From Pseudobacteriovorax sp. (GTDB lineage Bacteria > Bdellovibrionota_B > Oligoflexia > Oligoflexales > Oligoflexaceae), in assembly GCA_050293845.1 (NCBI GenBank), contig JBNKNM010000002.1, forward strand, positions 18,045 to 82,044: a stretch of DNA of 64,000 nt, read 5' to 3'. The stretch's first letter is position 1; each line of letters opens with the position of its first letter. This document shows, in pieces, positions 38,489-46,766 of this stretch. The notes below the pieces were generated by a model. That model was not told where the DNA came from, made no database searches, and saw only the letters and a list, made by a program, of their open reading frames with translations. The translations under genes were made by a program, and so were the position numbers.

Positions 38489-38737
38489 ATGATTTTGATC
38501 ATTGGGTTGTTAATCCTGGCTTTGCTTTATTGGGGTATACGTCTTAAAAATACCAATGTGCATGGTAAGAGAGGGGATAAACTATTGGAAAATAAACTGC
38601 AAAACCTACCTCTTATGACTTATGCAGAAACGCTGGGAGCTGTGGCATTGATCAAACAAAGTGCTCGATGCGACCGCTCTTTACTATGGTTTTTACTGCT
38701 ATTACTGTCAGTATTTTGTGGGGGCTATTTTCTGTGA
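38489..38737 (+). CDS. Small two-TM membrane protein
   Basis: 82 aa, TM-linker-TM; coupled to both neighbours. Confidence 0.6.
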   Translation: MILIIGLLILALLYWGIRLKNTNVHGKRGDKLLENKLQNLPLMTYAETLGAVALIKQSARCDRSLLWFLLLLLSVFCGGYFL

Positions 38738-39651
38738 ACCCGATTGAATCATTGCTTCCCCCTATTTTATGGGGTTCCCTGACAGTATTAGTGGGAGTTG
38801 CTTCCAGAAGGTGGTATCAGGTCTTGGGGGGGGCTTGCCTAGGGGTGCTCTGGTTTATACCTATGGAGCCGCTTCAAAAACTAATAGCCATGGATCTTTT
38901 CATCGTGCTGGCGACTTTTTTTACGTCGCATACGAATAGCTGGCAGAATGAGGCAAAGATTAAGATTATCATTGGCCAACTATTACCCCTACTGGGTATC
39001 GTCCTTATCTCTTCAATGGATTCCATTCCTGGCTCTACTCTTCTTATCGCCGCCCTAATAGCGATTAAAGTTGGCATCCTACCATGGCAGCGATTTTGGG
39101 TGGATGTTTTAAATGCCAATGGCGTCAGGGCTTCATCATGGCTCCTTCACCTTTACCGGTATGCTGTTTTTAGCTGGTATATCCAGTCGCCATGGTTCCC
39201 CGCAGTAGGAGACGAAAGGCTGGCTTTAGTCAGCTCCATACTAGCCTTACTGACGAGCTGTTTATTGTTGATGCAGTCTAATCTGAGAAGGTTTCAAGGA
39301 TACTATCTTTGTACCTGTCATGCTATGGCCCTAAGCTATGCCTTTATAGGCAGGCCATCAATAGCTCTATTGTTGGTAGTTTTTGCGGGTTTGATCCTGC
39401 AACTTTTCGAAGAGTTTTTACCGTCCCAAAGGAGCGATCGGTGGGATGACCTTTTCGGAAAGCTTTACCATCCTGCAGCTGCTACGACACTTTTGCTTTC
39501 GGCTTTAGCCCCCTTGTTCCCTGTGCAACTGATCCCATGGGATACTATCACTCGCTATAGTGCGGTATTTACTTTCTTGCTTATAGCCTACATTTTGATG
39601 GTTTATAAACTGGTTAAGAGCGAGTACTTGCTTAGCATTACGCGCCATTAA
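38734..39651 (+). CDS. Shortened, divergent NuoN/Mrp antiporter-like subunit
   Basis: GTGA overlap; NEAKIK, IKVGILPWQRFWVDV and QSNLRRFQGY match NuoN EAxxKY, FKLxxxPFHxWxPDV and QxNIKRLLGY. Confidence 0.7.
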   Translation: MNPIESLLPPILWGSLTVLVGVASRRWYQVLGGACLGVLWFIPMEPLQKLIAMDLFIVLATFFTSHTNSWQNEAKIKIIIGQLLPLLGIVLISSMDSIPGSTLLIAALIAIKVGILPWQRFWVDVLNANGVRASSWLLHLYRYAVFSWYIQSPWFPAVGDERLALVSSILALLTSCLLLMQSNLRRFQGYYLCTCHAMALSYAFIGRPSIALLLVVFAGLILQLFEEFLPSQRSDRWDDLFGKLYHPAAATTLLLSALAPLFPVQLIPWDTITRYSAVFTFLLIAYILMVYKLVKSEYLLSITRH

Positions 39652-39681
39652 GGGTTTGCTTCCCCCCAGAATCCGATACTT

Positions 39682-40572
39682 TTACCCCTTTGCCGCTTCT
39701 ACGATCCGGCTAAAGTTGCGGTAGGTAACATCCTCAAAAGCTTCTTTTGAGAGATTATTTTGATATAGATTGTCCTGAATCGTCAGGAATTTGTAACGAT
39801 CGTTCTTGGCATTAAAAAGAGGTCCATCACTGCCAAATATGCAATTGCGGGGGCCAGCTAGGCTAAGAGCTTTGGACGCGGCTTTACGATCTACCATTGA
39901 GGTCCCAGAAAGATCAACGAAGACATTATCCTGCTCTCTGGCATAGGCGCAGACATCGTTCATATAGGGAATGCCCCCATGGCAATAAATGATAGGCACA
40001 CTAGGAAAGCGCTTAGGCAGGTAGCGGTACTCCCCATATTCACCAGGACCTAAGTGGGCAAGGATGGCCCAATTTCGCTCGGCGCAGAGCGCTGCGATAT
40101 CTTCGGCCATACTTAAGGGATACCGGTGCCAGTAGGGGTGGAGCTTAATACCGATGATACCCTTAATATGTCGATATTTTTCAATGACTTCTCGCGGGTC
40201 TTCGCCATTTTCTGGATTGAGGAATAAGAATCCAACAAAACGTTCGGGAGAATATGCCAGCCATGTTACAAGTTCATCATTATCTGGCTTCATGTAGACT
40301 TTATACTTTTTTCCAAGTATATCGAAATGACCATCTTCTGTAACTCCTCCCCGATAAAACTTCATGCCGATGTCGTGAGCCATGCAGTTTGAATGGGAGT
40401 GTATTAGTTTACGATAGAGAGGGAGTAATACTTTGGCATGGCCAGGCAATTCAAATGCAGGATTGACACGTGGAATTAATGCAAGTTTATCGATGCCATA
40501 TTGATCCATACTTTGAAGCAATCCTTGAGGGCTTATTAAATGGGGGTCTATATGGAAGTGACAGTCAAACAT
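39682..40572 (-). CDS. Amidohydrolase_2 family metal-dependent hydrolase
   Basis: DCHFH, GIKLHP, AH.G, CHGG, NVFVDLS and FGSDGP motifs. Confidence 0.9.
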   Translation of the reverse strand: MFDCHFHIDPHLISPQGLLQSMDQYGIDKLALIPRVNPAFELPGHAKVLLPLYRKLIHSHSNCMAHDIGMKFYRGGVTEDGHFDILGKKYKVYMKPDNDELVTWLAYSPERFVGFLFLNPENGEDPREVIEKYRHIKGIIGIKLHPYWHRYPLSMAEDIAALCAERNWAILAHLGPGEYGEYRYLPKRFPSVPIIYCHGGIPYMNDVCAYAREQDNVFVDLSGTSMVDRKAASKALSLAGPRNCIFGSDGPLFNAKNDRYKFLTIQDNLYQNNLSKEAFEDVTYRNFSRIVEAAKG

Positions 40573-40787
40573 GGCTTACCCAAAAAATGTTAAATTTGGG
40601 CAACTATACCGCATTCCCTGAGTGGAATGCAATTTATTACCAATGACATCCCAGGTGTAAAAAGTGTCCCTACTCTGCAAGCTTCAGCCCAAAAAAATGT
40701 CCTTATTCGCAGAGGTTAGCTGCAGTGATGGCGTCACTACGCCCCTCAAATAGGGGCCATTTTGCTTCACAATTGTACCCAATGTCA

Positions 40788-40808
40788 GAAAACAAACTGT
40801 TTGTTTTC
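40788..40808. promoter_or_regulatory. Perfect palindrome, candidate repressor operator
   Basis: GAAAACAAAC-T-GTTTGTTTTC in the divergent intergenic region, 53 bp before ATG 40862. Confidence 0.6.
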
Positions 40809-40861
40809 GCAGCAAGAGGTGCTATCAGTAGGGGGCAATTCAACTCGATACGGTCATAATT

Positions 40862-41428
40862 ATGGAAAAATTTTCTCGTAAAGACTTCTTACGAATTTCT
40901 AGCAGTGCTTTAGCTTTAAGCCAACTTTGGAGCCTTTCAGGTTGCACCAGGCAGGCAGCAATAGGAAATCATTTAAAGAACTTTGATTCCCAGGACACAG
41001 CGTTACTTGAGAATATCTGGCGTGCTTATGTGGGCGGTGAAGCCGCTGTGGCGCGATATGGTGAGAAGGGGCTGAAAAAGATTTTTCAGGAATGCACCAG
41101 CTCCTTGGACGGCATGTTAGAGTCGTTTAAGATGGATGCGCCCTATCTTACTGATGATTTCTTACTGGCTCTCAAACTGATCGACTACGGACCGATCATA
41201 CTTGGTTGGTACGGTAAAACCTTCGGGTCTTTGAGCTTGTCCCAACAACAGCAAGTCTTGCAAGATTGGCTCGACTCTTCGTTAAAGCCTTTGCGAGACG
41301 TCTCTTATGGGCTTAAAGGTCTATTCACATTACTATATTACGAGCACCCCCAGGTGAGACAGCTCATTGGATTCGATAAACCATGGGTATTGCGAGACAG
41401 GGTACAGGGAGCGAGGCAGGGAATATGA
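40862..41428 (+). CDS. Tat-type lipoprotein, gluconate 2-dehydrogenase subunit 3-like partner of the GMC oxidoreductase
   Basis: SRKDFL motif and lipobox LSGC; FGSLS...QQVLQDW..S and YYEHP....IGF motifs. Confidence 0.7.
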   Translation: MEKFSRKDFLRISSSALALSQLWSLSGCTRQAAIGNHLKNFDSQDTALLENIWRAYVGGEAAVARYGEKGLKKIFQECTSSLDGMLESFKMDAPYLTDDFLLALKLIDYGPIILGWYGKTFGSLSLSQQQQVLQDWLDSSLKPLRDVSYGLKGLFTLLYYEHPQVRQLIGFDKPWVLRDRVQGARQGI

Positions 41429-43005
41429 ATCCAATTGATTTCAACCTATCACAGGTTGCAGCCATGGACTATAGCAAACATGTGGTACAGTTTAAGGATG
41501 TCAATGGTCCCATTGAAGATGAAGCCGATGTCGTCGTCATCGGTACCGGTGCTGGTGGTGCCGCTTGTGCTGATGCACTGGTAGCATCTGGTTTGAAAGT
41601 CATTGCTGTGGAAGCCGGTGGTTATTACCCCCTTAAGTATTTGAATCAAAATCTCTTGGACATGATGTCCTTGCTGAGTTGGCAAATGGGAAATGCTGGA
41701 AGTAAAGATGGCTCCCTCAGGATGGTCCATGGTAAGTGTGTAGGTGGTAGCACCTTGCTTCATATGCTGACTATGACTGCTATCCCGGATGATGTCTTAG
41801 GGCGCTGGCAGAAAAAATACGGATTGACCAAATTGAATCGCCAGCGACTTACTCCCATTGAATCGCAATTGCGTAAAAAAATGAATATCAAGGAAATCCC
41901 TGCCGAACGCATTAATGATAATGCTAAGCGATGGATAGCTGGTTGTGAAAAGCTTGGCGTTTACTGGAAAGCCAATGAGCGCAACGCCGGTAATTGTATC
42001 GAGGCAGGAAAGTGCCACACGGGCTGTCCTTTTGGTGGTAAGCTAAGCATGGATACCGCTATTATCCCTAATGCCTTAAATCATGGCTTGAAATTATACA
42101 CCGATTGTAAAGTGGATCGCATCATCACCAGCGATGGAAAGGCTACCGGAGTTGCAGGTACTTTTAGGAACCGTACTGACGGCAAAGTCGTGGGAACTTT
42201 AACCTTGAAGGCTAAAAAGATTGTCGTCGCTGCAGGGACCATCCAAACGCCTGCCTTATTGTTGCGCTCAGATCTGCAAAATAAGTTTGGTACTATCGGA
42301 GCTAGCCTTCATGCTCAGCCAGCTATCAATATTTTAGGTGAGTTCAATGATGAAATTCACGGTTGGCGTGGTATCACAAACCCGCTTCATATCGACGAGT
42401 GGGCTCCTCTTGAAAAAGGTGGCTTTTTTTGTGAGCCAGGGTTATTGGAGCCTTCTATATATGGTGAATCCATCCCGTTTATGGGAGCAGAACATGAATC
42501 CATCATGTCTCGCTACAAATACATGGCTGGTGGTCAGGTTTTACTAAATGACGATGGTACTGGCGGTACTATTGGTATTGACGGTGATGGTAATCCTGAA
42601 GTTCAATACGAACTTAGCGAAAACGACAAACAGCGCATGCGTGTAGCCTTAAAAAAGATGGGGGAAATCCTTTTTGCTGCTGGGGCTAAAGCCGTCTACT
42701 TATCTCACCGTATCCCCTTGCATTTAAACTCGGTAAAAGACTTGGCAAAACTGGATGATATTCCCCTGGGTCCCAATGATGCCCATCTCGAAACAGTGCA
42801 TGCCCAGGGTAGCTGTAAAATGAGCTTAAATCCTAAAGATGGTGTCGTGGATGAAAAGGGTGAACTCCACAATGTCAAAGACCTATACCTCGCTGACTGT
42901 AGTATTTTCCCGGATGGAGTTGGTACCAATACGACTATACCTGGAGCGACCATGGGGATCTATGTAGCTGAGGAGGTGATCAGCTCGTTTCCTGAGTCTC
43001 ATTAA
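41425..43005 (+). CDS. GMC family oxidoreductase
   Basis: VVVIGTGAGG, GKCVGGST, C...GKCHTGC, AAGTIQTPALL and H..GSC.M motifs; ATGA overlap. Confidence 0.9.
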   Translation: MNPIDFNLSQVAAMDYSKHVVQFKDVNGPIEDEADVVVIGTGAGGAACADALVASGLKVIAVEAGGYYPLKYLNQNLLDMMSLLSWQMGNAGSKDGSLRMVHGKCVGGSTLLHMLTMTAIPDDVLGRWQKKYGLTKLNRQRLTPIESQLRKKMNIKEIPAERINDNAKRWIAGCEKLGVYWKANERNAGNCIEAGKCHTGCPFGGKLSMDTAIIPNALNHGLKLYTDCKVDRIITSDGKATGVAGTFRNRTDGKVVGTLTLKAKKIVVAAGTIQTPALLLRSDLQNKFGTIGASLHAQPAINILGEFNDEIHGWRGITNPLHIDEWAPLEKGGFFCEPGLLEPSIYGESIPFMGAEHESIMSRYKYMAGGQVLLNDDGTGGTIGIDGDGNPEVQYELSENDKQRMRVALKKMGEILFAAGAKAVYLSHRIPLHLNSVKDLAKLDDIPLGPNDAHLETVHAQGSCKMSLNPKDGVVDEKGELHNVKDLYLADCSIFPDGVGTNTTIPGATMGIYVAEEVISSFPESH

Positions 43006-43073
43006 GATATACCCGCTTAATGATCTCCCGAACTCATGAAGTTCTAGATGGTACAAAACTTTGCTGCGAATCT

Positions 43074-43102
43074 AAGACTGCTCTTGATAGAGCAGTCTTT
43101 TT
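43074..43102 (+). terminator. Rho-independent terminator between convergent GMC and pyc genes
   Basis: AAGACTGCTCT-tgat-AGAGCAGTCTT followed by a T run. Confidence 0.8.
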
Positions 43103-43110
43103 CACATTGG

Positions 43111-46100
43111 CTATTGAATTTCTGCTAGAAGATCCCCTTCTTCAACCTGATCTCCTTGCTGTACCAATAACCGACTGATTTCCCCGGATTCGCGAGCTGT
43201 AATCACATATTCCATTTTCATAGCCTCCATTACAATAACAGCTTCTCCCTTAGCAACCTTATCGGTTGAGCTTTTTTTGATATCTAAGATTTTACCCGGC
43301 ATCGGTGCTGCAATATGGAGGGAATTATGGGGATCGCACTTCTCGCGTTTTTTACTCTCTGTTGCAACGGAGCTGTCTTCCACTTCCAAAGCACGTGGGA
43401 AGCCATTCAATTGAAAAAATAACCGTCTGATACCATGATTATCTGGGGGAGCCATTCCCGAAAGGCTTATATATAGAGTCTTTCCAGGTTCAATTTCTAT
43501 GGCAATTTCTTTGTTTGGCTCGATACCATAGAAAAAAATGTCTGTAGGAACACGTTCTATAGAGCCATATTCTTGAAGGTGGTTAACATAATTCAACCAT
43601 ACCTTGGGGTACAGACGGTAGGAAATGGCATCACGATCGGAGATGGTATGGCCCAATTTTTTTTCCAGGATTTCCTTGACTTCCGCCAGGCTATCTTCAG
43701 CTTTAGTAACAGCATTATCTGTATTTTGATAAGATGCTAATACTAGGGATCTGATCTCTTCGTTAAAACCACCATAGGGTACACCCATTTCCCCTTTGAA
43801 AAAGCTGGTAACCGAGTCGGGGTAGTCTAGTCTTGGCTTAGTTTTCAGATACTCGCCACCTGTTAGTCCATTTTTTTGCAGCAGCAAAGCCATATCCCCT
43901 ACAACCTTAGAAGATGGCGTGACTTTTATGATATCACCAAAAATTTCATTTACTTCACGGTAGCGTTTGGTAAGCTCATAGAATTCCCCTTCGGAAACTC
44001 CGACTTTACGCGCTTGATCGTAAAGATTGGAGTACTGACCACCAGGGATCTCATGACGGTAGACGTCTGTTGATGTGGCTTTCAGTCCGGGATCGAAACA
44101 GATATATTTTTTTCTAATATTAGCCCAATAGCGACTAACTTCATCAAGCTTTTCCAAAGGTACATCGGGACTCCGCTCTTGTCCTTCCAGAGAAGCGATA
44201 ACGGCGTTCAAACTGGGCTGAGAGGTGAGGCCAGACATGGAGCTCACCGCTCCATCAACGATGTCGCATCCCACCTCACTAGCGGCAAGAAGTGTCGCCT
44301 CCGAAGACCCTGATGTAGCATGGGTATGTAAGTGAATAGGTATGGCAATGTGCTGTTTAAGTTCTTTAATTAGCTTTTTTGCTGCTTGGGGTCGGAGAAG
44401 TCCAGCCATATCCTTGATGCATAAAATATCGCTGCCCATGGATTCTAGTTGTTTAGCGAGCTTGATGTAGTATTGAAGATCGTATTTACTTTTTTGAGGA
44501 TCGAGAATATTGCCAGTGTAACAAACACAGGCTTCAGCAATTTTGCCGTGTTTTTTAACCTCTTCGATGGCTAAAGCCATCTGGCTGGGATTATTAAGAC
44601 AGTCGAATATGCGAAAGAGATCCAGACCTGTCTCACAGGTGAGGCGTATAAACTCCTGGATGACCCACTTGGGATAATTGGTGTATCCGACTGCATTGTT
44701 ACCACGAAGCAACATCTGCAGTAAAGTATTAGGAATTTCTTCCCGAATCCTTGCTAATCTCTCCCAAGGATCTTCTTTGAGGAAGCGCAGGCAGGTATCG
44801 AAGGTGGCACCGCCCCACATTTCCAAGGAAAAAAATTGATCTAAATGGTTGCGGTAATAGCTGGTGGACTGAAAAATATCATAGTTTCTTAACCTAGTTG
44901 CAAAAAGGGATTGATGGGCATCCCTCATGGTGGTGTCTGTTAGTAAAAGCTGCCTTTGGTTTAAGATCCACTGCTTAAGTCCTTCAACACCGCTTGCTTC
45001 GAAAACTTTTTTGGCGGAATGATTGGTAGGCGCTGTCGGGGGCTGCTGAGGAAGGTCATATCCAATATTATCCCGTTTAATGTTCTTATCGCTGAGATTA
45101 TGAGGATTGTTCACAGTTACGTTGGCAATGTATTTTAACAGCCGGGTTGCCCGGTCCTGGGGTTGGGGAAATTTAAACAGCTCGGGTTCCGAAGCTAAAA
45201 AACTAGTATCAATGTCGGCTTCAAGAAATTTTTTATGGGACAGAATGTTGATCAGTAATGGAATATTATGCTTAACACCACGGATGCGAAACTCTTTGAG
45301 TGCGCGGGCCATTTTTCGAGAGGCACCATACAAGTCGAGACTATGGGCGGTAACCTTTACAAGAAGGGAATCGTAGTATGGTGTGACCAGGCCTCCTGAA
45401 GTTCCCAGACCTTCATCGAGCCGGATGCCAAACCCTTGTGCCGGTCGGTAGGCAAGTATGACCCCGGTATCGGGAGCAAAATCCTGCTGCGGATTTTCCG
45501 TTGTAATCCGACACTGGATGGCAACACCTCGTGGTTTTACATCGGACTGGCTATGGACGCCGATGGAAGGGTGACTCATCTCACGTCCGGCAGCAAGCAT
45601 AATAGACATATGAACAAGGTCAAGACCGGTGATAACCTCGGTCACGGTATGCTCGACTTGTATGCGGGGATTGACTTCAAGAAAGTATGCTTCCCCTTCG
45701 CTGTCCACAAGGTATTCCACAGTACCGATGCCGACATACGAGGTGCTTTTTGCAATCTTGAGGGAGTAGGCAAGTATATTGTTCCGGGTTTCTTCAGAAA
45801 TTCCCAGGGCCGGAGCAATTTCAACAACTTTTTGATGGCGTCGCTGAATGGAACAGTCTCGTTCGTAAAGGTGGATGACGTGTCCGGTACAGTCACCGGC
45901 TATTTGCACTTCAATATGACGTGGTTTGGGGATGTTCTTTTCCAAGTATACATCAGCTTTTCCAAAGGAGCTTTTGGCTTCGGATCGCGCACGACTAAAA
46001 GCAGCGACCAGCTCCTCTTCATCTTGAACGACACGAATACCCTTGCCACCACCACCCGAAAGGGCTTTGAGAGTAACAGGATAGCCAATCTTTTGCGCCA

Positions 46101-46566
46101 GCAATTTCGCATCTTCTAGGGTATCACAGGGTTTATCATCACCAGGGATAATGGGTATTCCGGCATCTTGTGCTACTTTTTTAGCCTTGAGCTTATCGCC
46201 AAATAGATCCAGTAGGCGAGAATTGGGTCCACAAAACAGAATTCCCTCCTGCTCGCATGCTGCAGCAAATGCGGCATTTTCTGACAAAAAGCCGTATCCT
46301 GGGTGAATGGCATCTACCTTCTTCTCTTTGGCGATGGCGATGATGTTTTGCCAATGAAGGTAAGCGCCTAAGGGATCTCCTTTTTGGCCTACTAAGTAGG
46401 CCTCATCAGCTTTAAAGCGGTGGACAGAAAAACGATCTTCATGGCTGTAAATACCAACAGTCCGCATGTTTAGCTCTGTTGCCGCGCGGAAGATTCTTAT
46501 GGCTATTTCTCCACGATTAGCAACCAAAATCCGTTTGTTGGCTATAACTCTTGATATTATTTCCAT
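43111..46566 (-). CDS. pyc: Pyruvate carboxylase
   Basis: ANRGEIAIR, RDCSIQRRHQK, DTTMRDAHQSL, KVTPSSKVVGD and biotin-site EAMKME motifs. Confidence 0.98.
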   Translation of the reverse strand: MEIISRVIANKRILVANRGEIAIRIFRAATELNMRTVGIYSHEDRFSVHRFKADEAYLVGQKGDPLGAYLHWQNIIAIAKEKKVDAIHPGYGFLSENAAFAAACEQEGILFCGPNSRLLDLFGDKLKAKKVAQDAGIPIIPGDDKPCDTLEDAKLLAQKIGYPVTLKALSGGGGKGIRVVQDEEELVAAFSRARSEAKSSFGKADVYLEKNIPKPRHIEVQIAGDCTGHVIHLYERDCSIQRRHQKVVEIAPALGISEETRNNILAYSLKIAKSTSYVGIGTVEYLVDSEGEAYFLEVNPRIQVEHTVTEVITGLDLVHMSIMLAAGREMSHPSIGVHSQSDVKPRGVAIQCRITTENPQQDFAPDTGVILAYRPAQGFGIRLDEGLGTSGGLVTPYYDSLLVKVTAHSLDLYGASRKMARALKEFRIRGVKHNIPLLINILSHKKFLEADIDTSFLASEPELFKFPQPQDRATRLLKYIANVTVNNPHNLSDKNIKRDNIGYDLPQQPPTAPTNHSAKKVFEASGVEGLKQWILNQRQLLLTDTTMRDAHQSLFATRLRNYDIFQSTSYYRNHLDQFFSLEMWGGATFDTCLRFLKEDPWERLARIREEIPNTLLQMLLRGNNAVGYTNYPKWVIQEFIRLTCETGLDLFRIFDCLNNPSQMALAIEEVKKHGKIAEACVCYTGNILDPQKSKYDLQYYIKLAKQLESMGSDILCIKDMAGLLRPQAAKKLIKELKQHIAIPIHLHTHATSGSSEATLLAASEVGCDIVDGAVSSMSGLTSQPSLNAVIASLEGQERSPDVPLEKLDEVSRYWANIRKKYICFDPGLKATSTDVYRHEIPGGQYSNLYDQARKVGVSEGEFYELTKRYREVNEIFGDIIKVTPSSKVVGDMALLLQKNGLTGGEYLKTKPRLDYPDSVTSFFKGEMGVPYGGFNEEIRSLVLASYQNTDNAVTKAEDSLAEVKEILEKKLGHTISDRDAISYRLYPKVWLNYVNHLQEYGSIERVPTDIFFYGIEPNKEIAIEIEPGKTLYISLSGMAPPDNHGIRRLFFQLNGFPRALEVEDSSVATESKKREKCDPHNSLHIAAPMPGKILDIKKSSTDKVAKGEAVIVMEAMKMEYVITARESGEISRLLVQQGDQVEEGDLLAEIQ

Positions 46567-46766
46567 TTTACCCCCTTAGACCGCTCTAGGTCGGATCCGA
46601 GACAATTCAGTATAGTTCCGCTTTAGTTCTCAGTATTTTCGCTGGGAAAATATTGGGAAGACATGCACCCTTTATGATGTAAGCTTTCTTTTATAGGAAA
46701 ACTGAGCTTGTCTCAAGAGACAGCGTAAAAAATTCACCGGTACAGAAGAATATTTTGGGAAGATTG

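Noticed and set aside
45436..46119. 227-aa ORF antisense to pyc
   Set aside because: Lies wholly within a highly conserved gene on the opposite strand and has no motifs; a typical shadow ORF.
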